From Acidimicrobiia bacterium (GTDB lineage Bacteria; Actinomycetota; Acidimicrobiia; Acidimicrobiales; Aldehydirespiratoraceae), in assembly GCA_022819505.1 (NCBI GenBank), contig JAJEHD010000018.1:560587-624586 (forward strand): 64,000 nucleotides of DNA. Reading direction: 5' to 3'. The notes under the pieces are model-generated. The model was not told the DNA's origin, ran no database searches, and was given only the letters and a program-made list of their open reading frames with translations. Positions 43,070 through 52,033 of this stretch are shown piece after piece. Position 1 is the stretch's first letter, and each line of letters starts with the position of its first letter. A program made the position numbers and the translations under genes.

Positions 43070-44020
43070 CTAGGTACTGACCACGGCCTCCACGATCAGG
43101 TCGATCACGGCTGAGGCGTCGGCGTCCCACACGACATCGTGGAACTGCGGGGCCGGACTCGCGGCAATGGCGGCCGGCGGGCGCACGTCGGTCACGGTCA
43201 TGCCGCGGGTGTGCTCACCGTGCAACTCCACCGCCACCGGGTGGCTCGACCGGCGGAAGAGGTGGGGGTGGGTGACCGCGATGATGGCGGTGGCGTCGTG
43301 CACCGGGGCCGCTTCCAGGCCGAACTCGCGGCACCGGTCGTAGGCGAACTCCAGCAGGCCGGCCGCGAAATCGGCCGCGGGGGTGCCGGCCGAGCGCATC
43401 CGGGCCGCCTCGTCACCGCCCAGCAGGACCCGGTGGGTGACGTCGAGGCCGACCATGGTGAGCGGGGCCGCCTCGTTGAACACGATGGCGGCCGCCTCGG
43501 GATCGGCCCAGACGTTGAACTCGGCCACCGGGGTGACGTTCCCGGCGTGGGCTCCGCCGCCCATGATCGTGAGGCCGGCCAGGCGGCTGCGCAGGTGGGG
43601 GTCGCGTCGCAGCGCGAGGGCGACGTTCGTCAGGGGACCCACCGCCACCAGGTGCACGTCGTCGACGGAGCGGGCCGTGTCGCACAGGAACGCCACGGCG
43701 TCGTCGGAGGCCACCGAGCGGGTGAGTTCGGGCAGGGCGACGTCGCCCAGCCCGGTGGCTCCGTGGATGCGGGCCGCGTCCATGGTGGGAGCGATCAGCG
43801 GGCGGGCCGCGCCCCGGTGCACGGGCACGTCCAGGCTGGCTATCTGCGCGGTGGCCAGCGCGTTGTGGGTGGTGTGGTCGATGCCGACGTTGCCGTTGAC
43901 AGTGGTGATTCCCAGCAGCTCACCGAAGTGGGCTGCGGTGAGGATGGCGATGGCGTCGTCCAGTCCTGGGTCGCAGTCGAGCACGATCCTGGGTCGGGCG
44001 GTCACGGCTTCGGCATTCAT
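43070..44020 (-). CDS. Nucleoside hydrolase (inosine/uridine-preferring, Rih-like)
   Basis: N-terminal Ca-binding signature IVLDCDPGLDDAIAIL. Confidence 0.9.
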   Translation of the reverse strand: MNAEAVTARPRIVLDCDPGLDDAIAILTAAHFGELLGITTVNGNVGIDHTTHNALATAQIASLDVPVHRGAARPLIAPTMDAARIHGATGLGDVALPELTRSVASDDAVAFLCDTARSVDDVHLVAVGPLTNVALALRRDPHLRSRLAGLTIMGGGAHAGNVTPVAEFNVWADPEAAAIVFNEAAPLTMVGLDVTHRVLLGGDEAARMRSAGTPAADFAAGLLEFAYDRCREFGLEAAPVHDATAIIAVTHPHLFRRSSHPVAVELHGEHTRGMTVTDVRPPAAIAASPAPQFHDVVWDADASAVIDLIVEAVVST

Positions 44021-44029
44021 CGTTCGAGC

Positions 44030-44971
44030 CTACGCACCGAGGAGTTGATCGACTTCCAACGGGGTCGGCAGCGACGGCTGGGCGCCCGGCCGCAGCGTCG
44101 CCGCGGCCCCCACCCGGACGGCCCACTCGGCGGCCCGCACCAGGTCGGCGCCGTCGACCAGAGCATCGGCGAGCGCCCCGCAGAATGCGTCTCCGGCTGC
44201 GGTGGTGTCCACCGGCTCAACTGCGGGCGCGGGCACATGGGTGGCGTCGGTGGGGGTGACGACCATCGCGCCGGCCGCTCCCAGGGTCACCACCGCAGCC
44301 GCGACCGGCAGGCCGCGGGCTAGAGCGACGGCTGTGTCCGGGTCGACCTTGCCGATGGCCGACAGCCCGGCGTAGCCGGCCAGGGTGGCCAGCTCGGTCT
44401 GGTTGGGCACGATCACGTCCACGCCGTCGAGCAGTTCGTCCGGCAGCATGGAGGAAGGGGCGGGCGCCGGGTTGAGCACCACCGTGCCGCGAGCGTGGCG
44501 CACTGCAGCCTCCACCGCCTCAAGGGGCACCTCGAGTTGCAGCAGAACGACCGCGGCCGCTCCCAGGACCTGGGCCGTGCTCGCCACGTCGGCCGAGCTG
44601 ACCCGCCCGTTGGCGCCCGGGCTCACCACGATGGCGTTGTCGCCGTCGGCGCCCACCGCGATCAGAGCGGTCCCGCTCGGAGTGCCGTCGGTGTTCAGCA
44701 GCCAGGTCGTGTCGACCCCGGCCGCATCCATGGCCGACCGCAGAGTCGTGGCCGCGTCGTCGTCCCCGAGCCTGCCGATCATGGCGACCCGGCGGCCGAG
44801 GCGGGCCGCGGCCACGGCCTGGTTGGCTCCCTTGCCCCCGGGAATGCGCCGCAGATCGCCGCCCAGCACGGTCTCGCCCGCCACGGGGATCGTCTTGACC
44901 GCCACCACGAGGTCGAGGTTGGCGCTGCCCACGACCGCAACCTCGGGCCCCGACCGCTGGTCTTCGGCCAT
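44030..44971 (-). CDS. rbsK: Ribokinase
   Basis: VVGSANLDLVV, GGKGANQAVAAARLG and DTTAAGDAFCGAL PfkB signatures. Confidence 0.9.
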   Translation of the reverse strand: MAEDQRSGPEVAVVGSANLDLVVAVKTIPVAGETVLGGDLRRIPGGKGANQAVAAARLGRRVAMIGRLGDDDAATTLRSAMDAAGVDTTWLLNTDGTPSGTALIAVGADGDNAIVVSPGANGRVSSADVASTAQVLGAAAVVLLQLEVPLEAVEAAVRHARGTVVLNPAPAPSSMLPDELLDGVDVIVPNQTELATLAGYAGLSAIGKVDPDTAVALARGLPVAAAVVTLGAAGAMVVTPTDATHVPAPAVEPVDTTAAGDAFCGALADALVDGADLVRAAEWAVRVGAAATLRPGAQPSLPTPLEVDQLLGA

Positions 44972-45002
44972 CGCGGCAGTCTAGGGCCGGCCCGGCCGGC
45001 GG

Positions 45003-45965
45003 CTAGAGGACGGCTACTGGATTGACGGGGGAGCCGCAGCCTCCCACGAACGGCTCCGGGTTGGCCTGGAGCAGGAACTCGTAGCGGCCCTCCTCGGCGC
45101 AGGCCGCGGCCAGAGCCTCCAAGTCCCAGTTCTGGCCCTGGGTCATGCCCATGTCCACAACGTGCGCGCAGTGCACGCCCAGAGCGTCGTCCCAGTTGGG
45201 GCCAGGGAAGACCTCAAAGATGTAGGTGTCGTCGGCGACCGCAGCCACATCATGGCGATGGAACCAGCGCACCGCGCCGAAGCCGGGGCCCGGGCTGGTG
45301 CCGTCGCCGTCGGGCCCGGTGACGTAGGGGAGTGCCCCCATCTCCCGGAACACCTGCATCCGCCCAGTGCGAATCAGCACGATGTCGCCGGGGTGCATCC
45401 GTACCCGTCCGTGCTCGGCCGCCTCGTCGAGGTCGTCGGCGGTCACTTCGTGGTCGCTGGCGAGTCGCTCGGTCCCCTTGGCCGCGCAGATGTCGAGAAG
45501 CACGCCCCGACCGGTGAGGTGGCGGACGTTCTCGATGCCGAGCACGGTGGCGCCGCCCATGGGATTGATCGACGAGACCGGCACGCCGTTGTAGAGGGTG
45601 TTGTCGTAGCTCACGTGGGACAGGCCATCCCAGTGGGTGGCGGCCTGCAGGGCCATGGTCACGATGTCGTCGGAGAAGTGCGGGACCAGGCCCTTGCCGT
45701 CGGCGTCGCCGAGGTCGGGGCTGTGGATCTTCACCATGGCGTGCAGCGGGTTGATGCGGCCGTGCATCTGGCCGATTTGGACACCGTTGGTGTGGTGCAG
45801 GTCGAGAGCGCACGACACCCTGCGACCGCTGCGAACCAGCGACGCGGCGTGGGCCACCGCGTCGTCGGTGATCAGGTTGAGCGTTCCCAGGCGGTCGTCG
45901 TCACCCCAGCGGCCCCAGTTTCGGACTTCGTCGCGCAGTGCGAAGAAGGCGTCCGTGAAGCTCAT
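45003..45965 (-). CDS. Putative cyclase-family protein (kynurenine-formamidase-like fold)
   Basis: ..NWGRWGDDDRLGTLN.. N-terminus and a THWDGLSHV metal-site-like motif. Confidence 0.65.
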   Translation of the reverse strand: MSFTDAFFALRDEVRNWGRWGDDDRLGTLNLITDDAVAHAASLVRSGRRVSCALDLHHTNGVQIGQMHGRINPLHAMVKIHSPDLGDADGKGLVPHFSDDIVTMALQAATHWDGLSHVSYDNTLYNGVPVSSINPMGGATVLGIENVRHLTGRGVLLDICAAKGTERLASDHEVTADDLDEAAEHGRVRMHPGDIVLIRTGRMQVFREMGALPYVTGPDGDGTSPGPGFGAVRWFHRHDVAAVADDTYIFEVFPGPNWDDALGVHCAHVVDMGMTQGQNWDLEALAAACAEEGRYEFLLQANPEPFVGGCGSPVNPVAVL

Positions 45966-46088
45966 GGGACACTCGGCGCGGGCGGCACGGTCGGGATACT
46001 AGCTTTGGACCATGATCGGTCTGATCTCGGCGCTGGGACGGCTGTCGCCCCGGTGCCCGGGGTTGCCCGACGGGGGAGCGGCCGGGCC

Positions 46089-46628
46089 ATGACCTGGCTC
46101 TACGCGTTCATGCTGGCGGCCGGGGCCCCGCTGCTGCTGTGGTTCGTGTTCACCGGCGGCGACAGCGAGATGGAGATGGGCGGCGAGGCTGACGGGCTGT
46201 CAGAGGTCTTCACGATCATCCCGCTGAGCAGCCTGGCCTTCGTGGCCACGTTCTTCGGTGCGACCGGGCTGGTCTCACAGTGGCTCGGAACCGGTGCGAT
46301 CTTCACGCTGCTGATGGCGGTCGTGGTCGGGGTGCTGGCCGGAGCCCTCAACAGCGCCGCTTTCGCATTCCTGCGTCGCAGCGAGGCGTCCAGCGAGGTC
46401 AGCGACCGCGAGATCGAGGGCAGCATCGCCCGGGTCTCGCTTCCCATGTCGAACGAGCGGCGCGGCCGGATCGTGCTGAACGTGGCCGGTGCCCGCACCC
46501 AGATGACGGCCGCCCCCATCGATCCCCTCGACGACGGCAAGCTCATCGAGTCCGGGGCCCGGGTCATCGTGGTGCGGATCGAGGGCGGCGTCGCCCTCGT
46601 CACCCGCTTGGACCCCGAACTGGAATAG
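46089..46628 (+). CDS. NfeD-like membrane protein (partner of SPFH/flotillin)
   Basis: Several TM helices plus a C-terminal soluble OB-like segment (..GSIARVSLPMSNERRGRIVLNVAGARTQMTA..). Located upstream of the flotillin gene. Trimmed from track ORF 45162-46628. Confidence 0.7.
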   Translation: MTWLYAFMLAAGAPLLLWFVFTGGDSEMEMGGEADGLSEVFTIIPLSSLAFVATFFGATGLVSQWLGTGAIFTLLMAVVVGVLAGALNSAAFAFLRRSEASSEVSDREIEGSIARVSLPMSNERRGRIVLNVAGARTQMTAAPIDPLDDGKLIESGARVIVVRIEGGVALVTRLDPELE

Positions 46629-46770
46629 GCCGACCCGGCAGGGTTCGCTCCAGCGTGTTCGGCGTCGCTGGACCCCGAAACGACCCTGGTCGGCGACCGG
46701 GCGGTGCTGGTACGCTCGGCTGGGCAGTGGTCGCTCATAGACGCGCGTGGCGCGTGGGAGGGTAGGCGCA

Positions 46771-48078
46771 ATGTCCTCAGCAATCGTGGCCGGCATCGCC
46801 TTGGCGCTGGCGGTGTTCTTCGTGATCCTGATTGTCCGGTCCCTGATCGTGATCTGCCCGCCCAACCGGGTGGCGGTCATCTCGGGCCGCAAGCGGACCC
46901 TGTCCGACGGCCGCACCGTGGGCTACCGCATCCTCAAGGGCGGGCGAACCCTGCGGATCCCGCTGATCGAGAGGGTCGCCTGGATGGACCTCAACACCAT
47001 CCCGCTGGAGGTCGCGGTGCAGAACGCCTACTCGCGAGGCGCCATTCCCCTCAATGTGATGGGCATCGCCAACGTCAAAGTGTCGAGCGGCGAGGGCCTG
47101 CTGGAGAACGCCGCCGAGCGTTTCCTGCACGTAGACAGCGCCGCAATCGGCAAGATCGCCAAGGAGACGCTGGAGGCCAACCTGCGCGGTGTGCTGGCCA
47201 CCCTGTCGCCCGAGGAGGTCAACGAGGACCGGCTCAAGTTCAGCCAGCAGCTCATCGACGAGGCCGACGATGACATCAAGACCCTGGGCCTGGAGCTCGA
47301 CGTGCTGAAGATCCAGAACGTCACCGACGACGTGAACTACCTCGAGTCGGTGGGCCGGCGCCTCACCGCCGAGGTCATCCGGGACGCCCGTGTGGCCGAG
47401 GCCAACCGCACCGCCGAGTCCGAGCAGGCCGAGGCGGCCGCTCGTCGCACCGCCCAGGTGGCCCAGATCGAGGCCGACAAGAAGATCGTCGAGGAGCAGA
47501 ACGCGCTGCGGGTGCGCACCGCCGAACTGGAGGCCATCTCAAGGGCACGCGAGGAGGAGGCTCTGGTGGCGGGCGAGACGGCCAAGGCCGTCGCCAGCCA
47601 GGAGCTGGAATCCGAGCGCATCGAGCTGGAGAAGCGCCGGGTGGAGGCCGATGTGGTCGTGCCGGCCCGCGCCGACCTCGAGGCCCGCCAGCTCCAGGCC
47701 CAGGCCGAGGCGGCCACCATCGTCGAGGACGGCAAGGCCCAGGTCGAGGTGTTCAAGCGGCTCACCGACCAGTACCAGGCGGCCGGCGCCGACGGCCACG
47801 ACGTGCTGGTGCTCAACATGCTGCCCGACCTGATCGACAAGATCGTCGCCACCGTGCAGAACGTGTCCATCGACCGGGTCGCGGTCGTCGACACCGGCGC
47901 CGGCGGGGGCGGCAACGGCGACGGCAACGGCGACGGAGGCTCCCGCGGGGGCATTCCCGGGCTCATGAGCCAGCTCCCGGCGTCACTGGTGGCCATGACC
48001 GAGCAGATCGAGGCCGCGACCGGGGTGGACATTCTGGCCTCGCTGCGTCGCCGAGACGAGCGGGGCGACGAGAGCTAG
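46771..48078 (+). CDS. SPFH/Band-7 flotillin-like protein (YqiK/FloT type)
   Basis: N-terminal TM helix, SPFH domain (..PPNRVAVISGRK..LRIPLIERV..), long Ala/Glu coiled-coil region, Gly-rich tail. GGGAGGG before the ATG at 46771. Confidence 0.85.
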   Translation: MSSAIVAGIALALAVFFVILIVRSLIVICPPNRVAVISGRKRTLSDGRTVGYRILKGGRTLRIPLIERVAWMDLNTIPLEVAVQNAYSRGAIPLNVMGIANVKVSSGEGLLENAAERFLHVDSAAIGKIAKETLEANLRGVLATLSPEEVNEDRLKFSQQLIDEADDDIKTLGLELDVLKIQNVTDDVNYLESVGRRLTAEVIRDARVAEANRTAESEQAEAAARRTAQVAQIEADKKIVEEQNALRVRTAELEAISRAREEEALVAGETAKAVASQELESERIELEKRRVEADVVVPARADLEARQLQAQAEAATIVEDGKAQVEVFKRLTDQYQAAGADGHDVLVLNMLPDLIDKIVATVQNVSIDRVAVVDTGAGGGGNGDGNGDGGSRGGIPGLMSQLPASLVAMTEQIEAATGVDILASLRRRDERGDES

Positions 48079-48114
48079 GGCTCCATCACTGGAGCAGACT
48101 CCCGGCGACGCAGC

Positions 48115-49026
48115 GTGAGCGGGCACCTCGAAGGCAGGACGATCGCGGTCACCGGCGGCGGCGGCGGCATCGGCCGTGCGGTGTCGCTGGCCTGCGCGGC
48201 CGAGGGAGCCAGCGTCGTGGTCGCGGACTACGGCGTGTCTCTCGATGGCTCGGACCCCTCCAGCGAGGTCGCCGAGTCGGCCGTGGAAGCGATCCGGTCC
48301 GCCGGCGGCGAGGCGATCGCGGTGGCGGGCGACGTCTCCCGATTCGATGTGGGCGCCGCCATCGTCGAGGCGGCCTGCGATCAGTGGGGGAGCATCGACG
48401 GCGTGGTGTGCCCTGCGGGGGTGCTTCGGGAGCGGATGCTGTTCAACATGAGCGAGGACGAGTGGGACCACGTGGTGGCCGTCCACCTCAAGGGACACTT
48501 CAACGTGTACCGGGCCGCGCTGGCCCGGATGCGCAAGCAGCCGTCGGGCGGGTCGCTGGTGGGGTTCACCTCCGGGGCGTTCTCGGCATCGACCGCTCAG
48601 GCCAACTACTCGGCGGCCAAGGGCGGCATCGTGAGCCTCACCCGTTCGGCCGCCATGACCGCGGCCTCCATCCGGCTGCGGGGCGGCCCGGCGATCAACG
48701 CCAACTGCATCGCCCCGACCGCCCGCACCCGGATGAGCGAGAACGTGCCGTTCGAGATCGAGACGGGCGAGCCCGAGGCGGTGGCCCCCATGGCCGTGTA
48801 TCTCCTCAGCGACGCCGGCCGGGACGTCAACGCCCAGATCTACACCGTCGTGGGGAGGCGGATCTCGGTGTGGAACCAGCCGGAGGAGGTGCGTTCGATG
48901 TGGTCGGCCGGCGACCGGTGGACCCCGGACGAGATCGCCGAGTCGCTGCCCAGGACCATCGGTCAGGAGCCGAACCCGATGATCGCCGATCTTGAGCGGC
49001 GCATGGCCGAGATGGCTGGCGGGTGA
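48115..49026 (+). CDS. SDR-family oxidoreductase
   Basis: VTGGGGGIGRA cofactor motif and YSAAKGG catalytic motif. Confidence 0.85.
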   Translation: MSGHLEGRTIAVTGGGGGIGRAVSLACAAEGASVVVADYGVSLDGSDPSSEVAESAVEAIRSAGGEAIAVAGDVSRFDVGAAIVEAACDQWGSIDGVVCPAGVLRERMLFNMSEDEWDHVVAVHLKGHFNVYRAALARMRKQPSGGSLVGFTSGAFSASTAQANYSAAKGGIVSLTRSAAMTAASIRLRGGPAINANCIAPTARTRMSENVPFEIETGEPEAVAPMAVYLLSDAGRDVNAQIYTVVGRRISVWNQPEEVRSMWSAGDRWTPDEIAESLPRTIGQEPNPMIADLERRMAEMAGG

Positions 49027-49029
49027 GCC

Positions 49030-49839
49030 ATGGCTTCCGAGCACGGCGAGCGGGGTTGGCCCGAGCCGCCGGTTGAGCCCCCCGGGCGGGGCCTGCTCGA
49101 CGGCCGGCGGGTGGTGGTCACCGCCGCGGCCGGCGCCGGCATCGGCTCGGCTGTTGCCCGCCGGGCCCTGATCGAGGGCGCCAGGGTTCTCATCTCGGAC
49201 ATCCACGACCGGCGCCTGTCCTCCACCTGCGACCGGCTGGAGGCCGACACCGGGTCCCGGCCCGCCGCGGTGAAATGCGATGTGACCTCCGAGGACGATG
49301 TCCAGGCTCTCATGGACGCCGCGGTGGACCGGCTGGGCGGCATTGACGTGATGATGAACAACGCGGGGCTGGGCGGGTCGGTGCGCCTGGTGGATATGAC
49401 CGACGAGCAATGGTCGGCGGTGCTCTCGGTGACGCTCGACGGGACCATGCGGTGCACCCGGGCCGCGCTGCGCCGCATGATCGAGCAGGGCACCGGCGGC
49501 GCCATCGTCAACAACGCCTCGGTGTCGGGCTGGAGGGCCCAGGCCGAGCAGGCCCACTACGCGGCGGCCAAGGCCGGGGTGATGGCCCTCACCCGCTGCG
49601 CCGCACTGGAAGCGGCCGAGCACCGCATCAGGGTGAACTGCGTGGCGCCCAGCCTTGCCTGGCACCCGTTCCTGGCCAAGACCGCCGACGAGACGCTGTT
49701 GGCCGACCTGGCCCGGCAGGAGGCCTTTGGCCGGCCGGCCGAGCCCTGGGAGGTGGCCAACGTGATGGTGTTCCTGGCCAGCGATCTCGCCGGCTACATG
49801 ACCGGAGAAGTCGTCTCGGTCAGCAGCCAGCACCCCTGA
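49030..49839 (+). CDS. SDR-family oxidoreductase
   Basis: VTAAAGAGIGSA, NNAG and YAAAKAG motifs. Confidence 0.85.
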   Translation: MASEHGERGWPEPPVEPPGRGLLDGRRVVVTAAAGAGIGSAVARRALIEGARVLISDIHDRRLSSTCDRLEADTGSRPAAVKCDVTSEDDVQALMDAAVDRLGGIDVMMNNAGLGGSVRLVDMTDEQWSAVLSVTLDGTMRCTRAALRRMIEQGTGGAIVNNASVSGWRAQAEQAHYAAAKAGVMALTRCAALEAAEHRIRVNCVAPSLAWHPFLAKTADETLLADLARQEAFGRPAEPWEVANVMVFLASDLAGYMTGEVVSVSSQHP

Positions 49840-49898
49840 CCGGGCGCCGGGAGACCGCCATTGAGGACCGGCGCGGCGACGCCACTGGCGGGCTGGTG

Positions 49899-49912
49899 CT
49901 GCCATCTGGCAG
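49899..49912. promoter_or_regulatory. Palindrome CTGCCA-TC-TGGCAG upstream of the first family-5 binding-protein gene
   Basis: 6-2-6 perfect inverted repeat 54-67 bp upstream of the ATG at 49966. It has the same half-site as the heptamer array at 21481-21550. Confidence 0.35.
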
Positions 49913-49965
49913 AGTAATGCGGCTAGGCGCCGGTTCATCGGTCTCACACGGGAGGGCAATCAGGG
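49905..49965 (+). promoter_or_regulatory. Conserved 61-nt leader, copy 1
   Basis: Gap-free hand alignment with 51973-52033 gives 46/61 identical positions, including CGGCTAGGCGCCGG and GGGAGGGCAATC (RBS). Confidence 0.45.
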
Positions 49966-51912
49966 ATGGCTGTTAGACGGATCAACAAGCCTTGGGGATG
50001 GTGGCTCGGAGCCGTGCTCGCCTTCGCCCTTATCGCGGCAGCATGCGGCGGCGGGGGAGACGACGGCGAGTCGCAGCCCTCCCAGGCGGTCGAGACCACC
50101 GAGACGGCCGCTCCGTCCGGGTCCGCCGACTCGGGCGCCGCCGACGACGGTGCCGCAGCGGATGCCGGCGACAGCGCAGGAGAGGCGGCGCCCGCTCCGG
50201 ACGCCACCGAGCCGGAGACCGTGGAGGAGCCGCTGATCGCGCCGGTGGACACCACGACCACGACCACCGCTCCGCCGCCGGCCGAGGACGGCGAGGAGGC
50301 TGTCGTGGAGGCGCCTCCGACGACGACGGTGCCGCAGTTCGGGGGCACGCTGCGGGTCGGTGTGGAGGCCGAGGGCGACAGCCTGAACCCCACCTCCGGC
50401 AGTTTCGCGGTGTCGGCCTACGTCATGACCTACCCGATATTCGAGCCCGTCGCCTACTGGGACACCAGCGGCAACTGGATCCCATACCTGGCCGAGTCGT
50501 TCACAGCCATCAACGGGGGCGAGTCGTGGCAGATGAAGCTGCGTGAGGGGGTGCGCTTCCACGACGGCACCGAGCTCGACGCCGACGACGTCATAGCCAC
50601 CTACGAGGCCCAGCTGCTCGACCTGGAGGTTTCGCTCGCGGTCCGTCCCTTCTATCCCGCGGAGGGCGGGGTCGTGAAGGTCGACGACCTCACCGTGCAG
50701 TTCAACCCGCTCCAGCCCATGGCCAACTTCCCCCAGTACGTCACCAGCCAGCTGGGCATGGTCCCCCCGTCGGAGTGGCTGGCCCGCGCCCTGGAGGACC
50801 CGACGCTCAACCAGTTCCCGGTCGGCACCGGTCCCTTCATGATCGAGAGCCGCGTCCAGGACGAGAGGACGGTGCTGGTGCGCAACCCGGACTACTGGGC
50901 CGCCGACATCACCGACATCTACCTGGACCGCATCGAGGTCTACCCCATCACCGACACCGTGATCGCCGCCGAGCGGCTGGCGGCCGGCGACATCGACCTG
51001 ATGGTCACCAGCAACTCCGACGCCATTCTCACCCTGCGCGACTCTGCGGACGCGGGCGTGCGGACCATCGAGAACGTGAGGTCCAGCGAGGACTTCGCCA
51101 TGATGAACGTCCAGCAGCCCCCGTTCAACGACATCAGGGCCCGCCAGGCGCTCACGTTCGCGACCGACCGCGACGCCTACGTGGCGCTCATCCGCCAGGG
51201 CACCGCACCGGCGGCCGACTCGATGTTCCACCCGGACCTGATCTGGCACAACCCGGACGTGAAGCAGGAGACCAACATGCCCGAGCGGGCCGGGGCGCTG
51301 GTGGCGGCGTACTGCGCCGACAATCCCGGCGACCATGAATGGCCCGTCTTCACCGGGCAGCGCCGCCCCTACTGCACCGACGGCAAGATCAACATGGAGC
51401 TCCAGTTCTCGGGCCCGTCGGTCGCGCAGACCCGCATCGCCGAACTGCTCATCGACAGCTGGGAGGACTACTTCAACGTCCACCAGAATGAGCTGCTGCA
51501 GGACGAGCACATCACCGAGACGGCCATCGGGTTCTTCAACGTGGTGACCTGGCGCCAGTTCGGCGCGGTCGACCCCGACAACGATGTGCTGTGGATCCAG
51601 TGCGCCTCCATCGACTTGATCTCGCTCAACTGGCCACGGGACTGCGACGAGGAGCGCGATGTCCTGCTGTTCGAGCAGCGGGCCCTCAGCAACCGGGACC
51701 CCGATGAGCGGGCCCGGCGGGTGGAGATCTGGCACCAGATCTCGGAGGATCTCCGGGACTCCTACACCTACATCTTCTTCAACCACGCCAACTGGACCAT
51801 CGGCGCCCGTGACAACGTCCACAACATCTGCGGGCAGACATCCCCCGACGGGGTGGAGCTGTTCTGCAATAACCAGGGCCGGGTGCAGTTGCACCAGGTG
51901 TGGTTGAGCTGA
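49966..51912 (+). CDS. ABC substrate-binding lipoprotein, family 5 (peptide/nickel/opine type), paralog 1
   Basis: Lipobox LIAAAC, acidic Ala/Pro/Thr-rich tether, then the family-5 domain (..GGTLRVGVEAEGDSLNP..). Confidence 0.85.
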   Translation: MAVRRINKPWGWWLGAVLAFALIAAACGGGGDDGESQPSQAVETTETAAPSGSADSGAADDGAAADAGDSAGEAAPAPDATEPETVEEPLIAPVDTTTTTTAPPPAEDGEEAVVEAPPTTTVPQFGGTLRVGVEAEGDSLNPTSGSFAVSAYVMTYPIFEPVAYWDTSGNWIPYLAESFTAINGGESWQMKLREGVRFHDGTELDADDVIATYEAQLLDLEVSLAVRPFYPAEGGVVKVDDLTVQFNPLQPMANFPQYVTSQLGMVPPSEWLARALEDPTLNQFPVGTGPFMIESRVQDERTVLVRNPDYWAADITDIYLDRIEVYPITDTVIAAERLAAGDIDLMVTSNSDAILTLRDSADAGVRTIENVRSSEDFAMMNVQQPPFNDIRARQALTFATDRDAYVALIRQGTAPAADSMFHPDLIWHNPDVKQETNMPERAGALVAAYCADNPGDHEWPVFTGQRRPYCTDGKINMELQFSGPSVAQTRIAELLIDSWEDYFNVHQNELLQDEHITETAIGFFNVVTWRQFGAVDPDNDVLWIQCASIDLISLNWPRDCDEERDVLLFEQRALSNRDPDERARRVEIWHQISEDLRDSYTYIFFNHANWTIGARDNVHNICGQTSPDGVELFCNNQGRVQLHQVWLS

Positions 51913-51972
51913 CGCGCCAGAACGCCTCTTTCGGACGGTTGCGCCAATAGCATTGCCGGGCCAGCAGCGCAG

Positions 51973-52033
51973 TCTGGCGGAGTTTCACGGCTAGGCGCCG
52001 GCTCACGGGCCTCTACTGGGAGGGCAATCGGGA
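51973..52033 (+). promoter_or_regulatory. Conserved 61-nt leader, copy 2
   Basis: See 49905-49965. Confidence 0.45.
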
